DNA of 64,000 nt from Chrysomallon squamiferum (lineage: Eukaryota > Animalia > Mollusca), in assembly GCA_012295275.1 (NCBI GenBank), contig CM022665.1:38998001-39062000 (forward strand), given 5' to 3'. A model generated the notes under the pieces. That model had not been told where the DNA came from and searched no databases. It saw only the letters and a list, made by a program, of their open reading frames with translations. Positions 25,945 to 37,695 of this stretch are shown here, one piece after another. The position numbers and the translations under genes are program-made. How positions within the stretch are numbered: the stretch's first letter is position 1; each line of letters begins with the position of its first letter.

Positions 25945-28442
25945 CACAACTGGCAAAGATTATTTAATTTGACCTGTTACTGATGAAAGCTCAACCCACC
26001 TGAACTCATAAAAATTTACCTGAACTAGTGCAAATAAATAGTTGAATATTTTGTTATTATTGTTATATTACTTAACAGTCACCAGCAGTTGCTTGTAATT
26101 TGATTCTAAAAGCCAACATGTTCTGATGATAATATATGATTTTAGAAATGTAATAATCTCCACTGAAAACCATTTTATACTGCCATATGTCTTGTAATAA
26201 AGTATATATTTGATTTAATAATAATATTTGATGACAGTAATACACAAACTCCTGTGAAAGACATTATGATTATACATTTTTATACCACCTGAATAAGCTT
26301 TAAGAATGAACCAGTAACAAGATGAGATCTAAATTGTCTGCAAATTTATCAACTGCAGAGTCATGTCTGGTCTCTCCAAAAAGATAACAAAGTGAGAAAA
26401 GATGGGGGTTTGGGGTTTTTTGGGGAAGGTTTTTTTATTTTTAGCAAAATGACCTTTTGTTTTTAGAAAACTTTATTTCTTTGCCAGTCTTGATTTCAGT
26501 TTTTAGTTAATGTTTTTAATGACATACTTAAAAATTAGGTCTAATAATATAAAAGGCTTCTTTTGTATAATTTAATTTTCTAAATTGATTTTTAGAAAAA
26601 GAAACAACAGATATTATTTCTTGATACATGTAAACTGATACCTGTATTTTAATAGTATTATGGTTAAAATTCTGTTCAGTGACAAAAATTAATTAGCCAA
26701 AACACTGACTAAAAGACTTGGTTATTTCATTTTATGTACTGTATACATTTAAAATCCCTTTGTGAAAGATAAATACATACAAAAATCCAGTACATTATGA
26801 CTTTGAGTTAGATGTATCAGATTAATAGAATCGGACAAAAGTGTATATGTATACACACACATATTCTGATGGGACATTCAATTGCATAAATCCATGTAGT
26901 TCTGTTTTGTATCAAAATTGAGTACTTGGTCTGCAAAGTTAAGAATATAATAAGTGAATTAGACATGATTATGTTTTTATATTCTATATGTAAATAGTGT
27001 TGTTGCTAAAATTGTGTATTGTGTTGACATTTATTAAACCTAGATGCAGCTTGGTGCAAACTGAATAATTTTTTTATTTTTTATTTATAAATGCATCATT
27101 TGTATTTCTTTTTTTGTTAATGACATATATGTTAATTACGTTTGATTTTTGTTTTAAGTTATTTGCATGATCAGTAAATTACTAGTACAATTTTGTGTAA
27201 TTTGTAAATTTTTATATTTAAATTGAATTATATTATTAATTTTAGTTTATTTCTTTTTCTGTTCAATCTATTGCTCAAAATAAAACATCAAATGTGTTAA
27301 AAACTCTGTTACTTCATGGTGATAGTGGTCATTACAGTAACAAATGAATAAATGATTTTATTAAAAATAATGAAAAAAATAAATAAATAAAATAAATAAT
27401 AAAAATTAAATTTAAATAAATAGTATAAAAAGGATGGTGACAGTATAGCCCAGGACTATGTAATACTAATATTTTTATATATGTGTTATTTATATTATCA
27501 TCATCATCATTGTAATTGGTTAATGTTCTACAATACAAAACAATATATAAAATGTTGTCTTAAATGAGTGGGTACCTGTATAAACTAGCTCATTTCTTTA
27601 ACATATAATGGACTGCTCCAGGAGAAAATATATATATATGTATATATATGCCACAATAAGTGATCTACAGAGAATGAAAAGAAGAAGATGTAATTTAAAA
27701 CTGGTAACAGAGGAAAAATAACAAACACAAAAAGGGTATCAGAATCTTAACATGTTAGACAAAATTGTTCAAGGAAGTCATGTTTAGCTAACATGTTTAA
27801 ATTATTTTCCCATGTTATTCAAATACGACACAAATAATAAACAAATGTTTAATTAAACATGCACTTTGTGCACTGAGTGGGTAAAATTCAATTTATTACA
27901 AAAACATATTTGTTGTTTTTTCATAATGTATGTAAATTAGAACAAAAAGTAATTGATTATGCTGTTTATAGTTTATACATACACATTTTTTGATTGCTGT
28001 AAGTACAGTAGAACACTAAATACACACTGGAATGTTTTTACTAACAGACCGAATCAATGTGCTGAATTTTTAAATATGTTGCAAGAATGTAAAAAAAAAA
28101 TCAAGCAAATCATTATGTTAATCTGTTTTCAAATATTTATTTTACTTTTTTTTTTTTTTTTTTTGTATGCTTTTGAACATTGTGAATTCATGTTTAAAAA
28201 CATTTCAGTATCTGAATAAAATGTCAAATAATTTGTTTTAACTTTTACTTGATTTTTTTCTAATGACTAAACATTAAATAATATTTAGTTCTAGTCATTG
28301 ATACATACCTTATTTATTACACATAGAAAATGTCTACACATTTTTAATTTAAAGATTCAATTTGGATAAAAAAATAAAAATAAAATTAAAATTAAAAATG
28401 TGAAGAAGCATCAAAATAAACTAGATCTTCAAAAATGCTTCC

Positions 28443-28494
<52 letters not shown>

Positions 28495-28918
28495 ATAACA
28501 ATTATATATTTTATAAAGACGAAATAATTTATAAAATATTGATTACAAATATTTACTGCACTTGGTTTTACCAAAAGGAAAGAAAAATTTTCTTAATTAA
28601 AATCATACTCTAAAGAAGTTTATGCCTTTTGGCATTTTATATATGTTCATAGTAAGACGTTTTCAATATACGTAAATATTAGTTATTTGAAACGTAATTA
28701 TATTAACTGAATGTTCTATTGGACCAGGAGCCTTTATCGTTTTCTCATGACAGTTATATTTATCTACGCCATAAATATATTATTTATTGAAAATAAACCA
28801 TTGTCGTTTTAATGTAAATATATTATTATATTCAGATTTTTTTTCTTCTTCTTCTTCTTCTCCTTCTTCTGCATATATAATTAAAGCACTCAAAAAATAA
28901 AATCACCAATTAACTTGA

Positions 28919-29835
28919 TTATTCTGCCGTTTTGCTTTCACCTACGATCTCTTCACTTTCGTAATTGTTTGTATTTAGAGTTTGCGTTCCCATGTCACTC
29001 AGTCTGGGTAGCAGTGACCACGTGCTTGTTGATACAGACCAGGTTTCTACCCTTCTTTCGATATTGTTGTTTCTAAACGTCTTTAAAATGTACAGAATGC
29101 CGAGAACGACAAAGAAGAAACCTGGAAAATGGAATCGTTGAAAGCCATTAAATTATACCTTTAAAGATACGCGCATACATAGCCTTAACTCCTAAAATTT
29201 CATACAGCTCATATCACTGGCAGACTATGGGGAGTTCATACGCACCCCTCGCACCACCATCCCCACTCAACTGCATGCGGGCCTCAGTATATTTCAAAGC
29301 TTCTTTTTTTTTTTCATTTGTTTCCAGCACCAATCTTACATATTATCATAAAATATACAGAATATTGTTATGTTAAGTGTATAACCAAAGGTTCGCTTTA
29401 ATACATCTATTTATTTTAGAATATATATCTTTATTTCTGCGTACCGGATGATATATATTAAACTGTATCTGTGGATTATTGAAATAATGGAATAAATACA
29501 TTGTCTATTCTTCCATCTTATTTGTCTCTGTCTGCTAAAATATTGGTTATATCGCAATTACATGAATGAAGTCATTCAAAATAAACCATAAGGTACACTT
29601 TTAAAATTTCAATTCCTGTCTTACAGTTCCTGTCTTACAATTTCTAAATGTGAGCTAGAGAACGCTGATTAAGTCTATTACCTATAGCACCAATGCGATT
29701 TAAGTTATTGATCAAAAGTTGTAGTATGTGCTTTCATATCTTTGAGAAGGTGCATATTCAGTATTCATGCTGCTGATAAGACGGATTTCTTCTTTAATAT
29801 TTATCTGTTTCTGTATCTATCTAGCTACCTATTTC

Positions 29836-29881
<46 letters not shown>

Positions 29882-30473
29882 ATTCAAAAATCGTTAATAT
29901 TTTATTTTTTAAAATTTATTTTATTATAATTTTTTATTATTATGTTTTTTTAAATATATTTATTATTATTATTATTATTATTTTATGAAGTGTCAGTGAA
30001 AAAAGAAATACTCAGTCTTGCAGCTTTATGCTATTAAATTGAAACTCATAATTACCTTTTTATACTTAAAGATAGCTAGTCAAATAATAACAAAAATATG
30101 TTGAGAAAGTTGTAATTAATTTACAGTATTTATTATTTTCTATTCAGACTGACAGAAAGAAGAAGAGAGTGAGAGAGAGGATTGTGTTGTTGTTGCTGCT
30201 GTTGCAATAGTTGCTTACCAGAAACAGCTCCTAAAAGAACCAACATATGCTGCAGGAAGGCAGGAACAGAAATGATAATTAAGAGAATTCCTTTTTTCCA
30301 ATCGTCCAGCCACACTAAAATTTTGAAGCATTTACAGCATAAACCCTCTTTTCTGAAATAGATTTATATTAATATATATGTGTGTATACATGCATGTGTT
30401 TGTATATGTGTGTGTTATTTATATTTGAAGAAGATATTAAATGACTGAAAATGTTTATATCAAACAATAAATC

Positions 30474-30515
<42 letters not shown>

Positions 30516-31785
30516 TGTCTTTCTTTTTTTTCCCCTTCACTATGAAATGCTTTCTAGAAGATTCATAAAGGCTTTCCAAATCCTTATTTCAAGTTAAAAT
30601 ACTCAAATCAAAAATAAATACGTTTTGGTTTTAATCTTGGATCATTTCATTACTGTGAGCTTAGACTGTATATGACCATCCTCCTGTCTGGTATATATAC
30701 CACTTCATCTTTTCAACCATATTGAATTTCATATAAACTGAAGTATAATAATTTTACTCAGAATGGTAGCCTTGCTTTGTCAGTGTAAATTATTATTATA
30801 TTTACCTGCAGCATGCGAATTTGTCGATAATCCAAATTGACTCAAGCAGTGTTAGTACAATTGCAAGAAATCTGACAAAACGTAAAAGAAAATTTTATTG
30901 TAACAAATTTATTACTAAAATTTAATGAAAGCGTTTTTATTGTTGTTGTTGTTTTTGTTTTCTTTCCTTTTTTTTTAAAAATTGTTTTCTTATTTTCTTC
31001 TTCTTATTATTTTTATTATTATTGGTTACCCGGTTTCAAACATACACATATATATTCTTAGTTAATCAGTTAGATTTAAGTGATGATACGAAAGTAGAAA
31101 ATGGCTGCAACTACTTTGTTCGCTATTAGCGGATTAGCAGCAAGAAATTTTTATAAACACAGCCTTCCCGTAGGTTCAAAATTTAATACCTCAGACTTTG
31201 GTACATCATTCATAGAGAATAATTATGTTATAAACGGATTAAGTTAATAGCAAGTCGCTCGTTGAATGACATCAAAACATTTTTTGTTTACAGTAATTCA
31301 GTTATCGTTTATCAGTACATTAATCTATAGTGAGAAAGATAAATTTATTTTTACGTTACTACAAGCGCGGATGCAAGACAGTTGAGGGGTCCTCCCTTTC
31401 ATTATTGTCACGATCATCAAGTTTTTAATTTATTCATGCTAAATAACATATCCAATAACAACATTCTACTTGTTCTTAATATGCTGCTCTTCACATTATA
31501 AAACTGAGCTTTTTGTTCTGTTTTGGTAAATTTTCATACAGACATGCACTGTTAAAAAAAGTAAATAAATAAAAGTTTAACAAATACTGGAATAGTTCTG
31601 GTAATTAAAAGATAATATTTATTTAAGTAAAATGCATTCAGTGATTACTCACAATAAATACCATTCGATGTATTTGCGGCCTTTCGTTTCTTGCATGAGT
31701 AAAATAACCGATGCCCATATCACTAAAGCAAAAAGCAAATTGCCATATAATTTTATATTAATAAAGAATACATTGAAATAAGAAT

Positions 31786-31883
<98 letters not shown>

Positions 31884-32250
31884 GCTAGCCAGTTTCTGTC
31901 AGTCTGTATGTCTGTTTTTCTATCTATCTATGCATCTGTCGATCTATCACTGAAAAGAAATTAGATTTTAAAGAATCTAGTAAAGATGGTTTTGTGATGA
32001 TTAAGTATATAAAAAAAAATTAAATCTTTTTGTATATATTCATGTGTTTGTATGTGTAGATGTGTATTTATATCTGCGAGGATGGGGGTTTTCAGAGAGA
32101 AAGAGATGAGGTTGGTGATACATACATATTACAGTTATAAATCAAATAATATACTGACGGATAGATACCTATAATAGTTAGAAGACCAAAAATCCTTGTG
32201 ATTAACGCAACGTTCTTCAAGAAACACGAAACGCCTTTTTCATTCTCCAT
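28919..32250 (-). CDS. TMEM72/Flower-like four-TM membrane protein, paralogue A (~184 aa)
   Basis: Exons 32169-32250, 31653-31722, 30806-30871, 30219-30352, 28919-29121, phase-consistent. Reads MENEKGVSCFLKNVALITRIFGLLTII...YIEWYLLFLAIVLTLLESIW...CCKCFKILVWLDDWKKGILLIIISVPAF...GFFFVVLGILYILK...DMGTQT...TAE*. Family call rests on recalled similarity to TMEM72 (R-x-x-G in TM1, E in TM2, WL..x.K..Y/L..xSV in TM3). Confidence 0.75.
31789..31878. repeat. (CT)n microsatellite, ~90 bp
   Basis: Direct reading. Confidence 0.95.
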
Positions 32251-32274
32251 CTGTAAAATGTGACATTCAAATAA

Positions 32275-32324
<50 letters not shown>

Positions 32325-32811
32325 TAATAATGTTCATGTCAGACTTCAAAGTTATATATTAAATCATAGACACACATACATACCTGTTAGTGAACCTCGA
32401 ATATGAAAACAGAAAAACAGCCAAGCCAGTGACAAAATAATCATGTGTTGTACAGATATATTAAGGTGTTGTTTTTGTTTTCATTAACATACATAAAAAA
32501 AAATAATAATAATAATTGAATTAAATTATTGGTTGCAAAATTTACAGTCACTTTTCAAGGTTTTTAAAAAAAAAAAAATTAATAATTAATAAATAAAAAT
32601 TATATTTATGCATATTTTGAAAACAAAATAGTAGTACGTGTCACACTGTCCAGATACAAATTTCCGATTCTGTGTTGTCCTAAGCATACAGGGGCGTGCT
32701 ACAGGGAATAATTTTATTTTTATTATTAATATTATTAGTGATTAAAAAATTAAAATATTGTTAACAGTATTCTTGTTTTTATTATTATTGTTGTCATTGT
32801 TATTGTTGTTA

Positions 32812-32868
<57 letters not shown>

Positions 32869-32912
32869 GTTATTGTTATTGTTGTTGTTGTTGTTGTTGC
32901 TGTCGTTGTTGT
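32812..32912. repeat. (ATT)n/(GTT)n microsatellite
   Basis: Direct reading; explains the spurious poly-Ile/Val ORF 32758-33027. Confidence 0.9.
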
Positions 32913-33834
32913 TAATATTTATTGGCTCTTCCTTTTCCCCATTCATGGAATTCTTGATCTTTGTTCAGACCCTCCCAATGCTTTTATAAAGAAAAAAATG
33001 ACAATAAAAGATTTATCAGCTTCATAATTAGATATATAATACTAAAACATTAAAATTAAATTAACATTGCCATTTTATGTGTGAGAGATCTTTCTGAAGA
33101 GAAGGATGTGATTTTTTTAATCGAATAGAAGCAACCTAATACTGGAAATGTCTCATCGACTATTTCTGCAATCCTTCGTCTGTCTATGTATGTATATGTA
33201 TGTGTATGAGGATGAGTGTGAATACACTGCAAAAATATGAAGATTAGATAAATATTCAAATATACTTACCGTAAGTAATAAATTATTTAAAAAAAAAAAA
33301 AAAATATATAGAAGAATGATGAAAATATTTTTTTTCAAAAAATGGAAATGAAGAATTATTCAAAGGGTAGCTCCATATCTATTTACATCAGTGTCTCCTC
33401 TCTGTTAAAATTTAGAGAAAACGAATAAAACCTTTTAAACAATTTTCTAGCTGGTTTCTGCGATGATGAGATGATTAAAAAGTGTATAAAGGTCTTACTA
33501 CATAAACTGTAAGTAAAACATTTTCAAGAATAACAATTTATGTGTCACCAAGTTCAACTAAAGTAACAGGTGTTAACTAATAGGTGTGTAGTGTGATATA
33601 TAACTTAACTTAGAAAAACGAATGAAAAACCATAATATGGATAAAAGTTAACAAAAGCAAAAACAAACAACCATACAAGCAAAATTTAAAACTGATATAA
33701 TTTTTTTTTTTTTTTTTTTTTTTTTAATTTTTATTATTATTATTTATTTATTTATGTGTTGTTGTTTGTCTTTATTTTGTTTGTTTGTTTGTTTGTTTGT
33801 TTGTTTTGGTCTTTTATGTAACCGGAGGTAACTG

Positions 33835-34130
33835 GTTCAAAAATGCTGTAACAGAATGTTTGTCTTTATAGTAATAGCTAGCATATGTTTGTTGATCACC
33901 AAGAATGTTCACGGTTGGAACGTCCTCGGCTAAAAATGTCCGCAGGTCAAAAGGTCCGCCGACATAATTAAAATTTGCATAGGTCAAAACGACCATAGAC
34001 TTAATAAAATGTCAACAGGCAAAAAAAAAAAAAAAAAAAAATTAAAGAATAATACGTAGACAGTGTTAAATTAAATTATTCACAGGTCAGAACGTCCGCA
34101 GACCTAAGTAAGAAGTCCATGTATCAAACT
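33835..34130. mobile_element. Probable remnant of a non-autonomous DNA element with internal ~16-bp repeats
   Basis: CpG-rich island in an AT-rich background with repeated GGTCAAAACGTCCGCA-like units at ~33913, 33928, 33945, 33982 and 34085. Confidence 0.45.
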
Positions 34131-34464
34131 GACATATTTGGGTGTCTAATTATAAATAATAAATATGCATGGATTGCGGAAAGTTGAAATGTTCGTACAG
34201 ATGTAAAGGTGGAATTAACCACATAATCGAGAAAGACATTTTAAAAATAAAAATTTATTGTATACATAATCTTTATTATTTAACGTATTGTTTTTATTGT
34301 ATACATTATATTTTATTTATTATATATTGTTTTTATTGTATACATAATCTTTTATATAATTATTACGTATGCGAATAAAATTTCTTATTTTGATACCGTT
34401 CGTTTTTTAACGATGGATTTTGAGTGGTTTAGTAATATTAATTATTTTTCAGATGAAAAACAAA

Positions 34465-34519
<55 letters not shown>

Positions 34520-37254
34520 AATAACGAACTATTTGGGGCTTAGTGGTGATGAAAGTCGGTTATGTCGGTTATATATATATATATATTATGTTTATTTTTA
34601 TTTATTATTAGTCTTTTTTTTTTTTTTTTTTTTTTTTTTTGAACGTTCACACACCGCCCCCAGTAGCTCCTGTATGCTGTAAGTTCTCCGTGGTTCAGAA
34701 TGTTCCACCTTCAGAGGTTTGTCAAAGGGTAGAGCCTTGACTGCTATGGACCACTGCCGAAGACTGGTAAGTTGGACCGAACTACTTTTAGGGAGGCACC
34801 TAACCGCAGCTCAATGCAAACACACTAATGTGAAAAACTCGAGTAAACTGGACATCCAGAAGTTAAACAAAAATTGAAAACCAATTAAAGCATTAATGTT
34901 TAGATAATATATTGACACCTAATGAACTGATGGTCAGAATAACTAATTTTAATAGATCACTCATGCTAATAAAAATGAAAAGAAAGAAAGAAAAAGAAGT
35001 CCAGAATTATTGCACTTTTTTTTTCAAATTCAAATAATAAGTCTGAAATATGTTATAAAATGATTCATTACAAAAATACTTATTTAATTAGTTAAAATTT
35101 TCTGTTTAATTTTTTATTGTAAATGTTCATGCCAACAATTTTTTTTCATTCTTTTCTGTTTTTGTTTTTTCTACAAGTCTGTATTTCTCTTGCTCCTTTT
35201 AGACATTGTTATGATGAAAATATCCCTGACAACATTTAGACTGAAAATAGATGAATAATATCAGATATAGCACTTCGCTTTAAAATAATTTCTATATTCA
35301 CAACAAAAAAATAACTAAATAACTAACTAAATTAATTAATTAATTAATAATAATAATAATAATAATGTAATTTATTATTCAAAGTATATGTAGATATATT
35401 TTTTTTTATTTCAAATAATGTCAATAAAACATTTGTCAGACCAATAAATTTAACATGGAGTTTTCAAGACTTATTTCAACTTTTTATTACTGTTGTTGTT
35501 GTTGTTGTTGTTGACTCAAGCCCTAAGCTTCAGTTTGTACAGTTATTTTAAAATCAGCTCTAATCATTTGATATAGAACATTATATCATTATATGTATTT
35601 TTTTCTGTTAAAGAATTTTAAAAAATGAACTAAAACTTTCATTCCAGAAATAACATTTATTTATGAAATCACAGTTGACAAATGCATTTTATAATAAAGT
35701 ATAGACAAACATAACAAAACAAAGTTTTTATTCCAGTTAGAATTCAAGTAACAAAACTGATGAGCAAATGGTGAGGTGCCTCTTCAATTGAATGTTATAA
35801 ACATTTAAAAAAGTTAAAAAAAAAAAATAAAATAAAATAAATACAAAAATAAAAAAAGTAACGAAATGAAATTTATTGTTTTGGAAGTATTATCTACCAA
35901 TTTAACATGATCGGTCAAAAAAAAGGATCTTCCAGTATACATAAGCCTAATAAATAAATATTTTAATAAAAACTTGAATAACAAATTTTAAAATACCAAA
36001 GAAAAGAATAATTAATAAGTTTGGTAACAAAAACAAAAGGCTTAAATACTTTAATATACTTTGAAGTATTTACTTATTTCATGCTGAAGTCCAGTGTTTT
36101 ATGAAAATAAAGTTTAACTTTGAATTAACAAACTGATAATAGCACTTGTAGGCTGGGTTTTTTTCACTGAGAAAAATTTTAAAAATCCAGAAATCAAAAA
36201 AATAAAATAAAATAAAAATAAAGAAAAAGGTAAAAAAAAAAAAAAAAAATTGTAATACACTGGATGTTGCTATATCCTCTCTTCAAAGGATACTTTACCT
36301 GTAAGAAATAGCCTCACAAAAAAAAAATTAAAATGTCATACTCTGCCTATCATCTATAACTTATTTTAATGTAATACTGTATGTTATTAGAACATTAATG
36401 TTTAAGTACAAATAAATAATTCATTTGGATGCATATGAAATTTATTAAGACTATTTAACTGTACTTTAATTTCTAGTTTTATTACTTTAGCAGAATTATA
36501 TATATAGATATATAAAATATATATAAAAACATGTACACTATCAATTATACTGAAACAGTTAAACAATTATTATCTTAAAGGAATGTTCTGACATGCAAAA
36601 ATGTCATTATGACCAAAAACTTTGTTTAATAATATTTTATATATATGAAAAAGACCCATTAATAATAAAAAGTGTCCAAAATAAAAAAAAGAAATAAAAT
36701 AAAAACAGAAAATCAGAAATGACAGTGATTATAATTATAAATATAAGGTAAAGTTAAAAGAGGTCTGTTTAATATATTAATTCTGTACATAGTTGAAATA
36801 TAAAGCAATGTAATTTATAGACTGTAACACTGCATTCATTAACTGAAGTAACAGCTTGAAACATTAGTATTTAAAATTTATCACATTAACAGTAACAATA
36901 AAGGTTTTATGAATATCTTCATTTAATGATGTAAAGTGCTGTTTATCTCTGTTTTATATTTAATGAACAGATAATAAATTATGGTTAAAACAATTTATAT
37001 ATTGAAAATAAATGAGAATTTCTTTATTAGCAAAATTTATACAAGTTGTAAGGATATTATTATTACTATATACGTTAATAAAAATATCTGACATCCCATT
37101 CCTAAATAGGTATCAATAATATATTGATACAATTATATATAACAATAGACATTTAAATAATGTATGTAAAGTTTATTATAATCTATTTACAAAATTGGTT
37201 TGGAACCATGAAATATGATTAAGATAAAGAAAACAGCTGCACATTTGGAGACAG

Positions 37255-37287
<33 letters not shown>

Positions 37288-37695
37288 ATAATAATAATAA
37301 TATGAAAACAATAATATACTGGCAGCCCAGGTTCAAGAAAGGATTGCAGCTTATACAGTTTACTGATTCAGATAAACTACTTAAAGAAGAATAACCAACA
37401 ATAGGTCAGTGTTCAAAATAATAATTTCCACACATTACATCTTGTAGGGATATTGATAATTATTAGTATTATTTAATATTTTTATAATATTTAATTTTTA
37501 ATTTTTTTTGCTTTACAATTTAATAAAGTCAAAATCAAAGTGCTGTCAAAAATATTTTTAAGCCCTGTGTTAATGCAGTATTTAACGACTGTTTTTCTAT
37601 GCTCAAGCTGTCAAACAATTTGCAGTGTATTAGTAAAACTTAAAAATTTAACATTTGCACCAAATCTTCTAGAAGTTTCTTCAGGATAAATCATT

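Noticed and set aside
29216-29290. Short GC-rich patches (also ~31363-31400, ~32689-32706, ~48860-48950)
   Set aside because: Probably MITE end fragments, but no paired TIRs or TSDs could be shown.
31070-31210. Fragments resembling dispersed repeats I recall from gastropod genomes (also ~52050-52140, ~57940-58050)
   Set aside because: Too degenerate and based on memory only, so insufficient for a repeat-family or species assignment without a database search.
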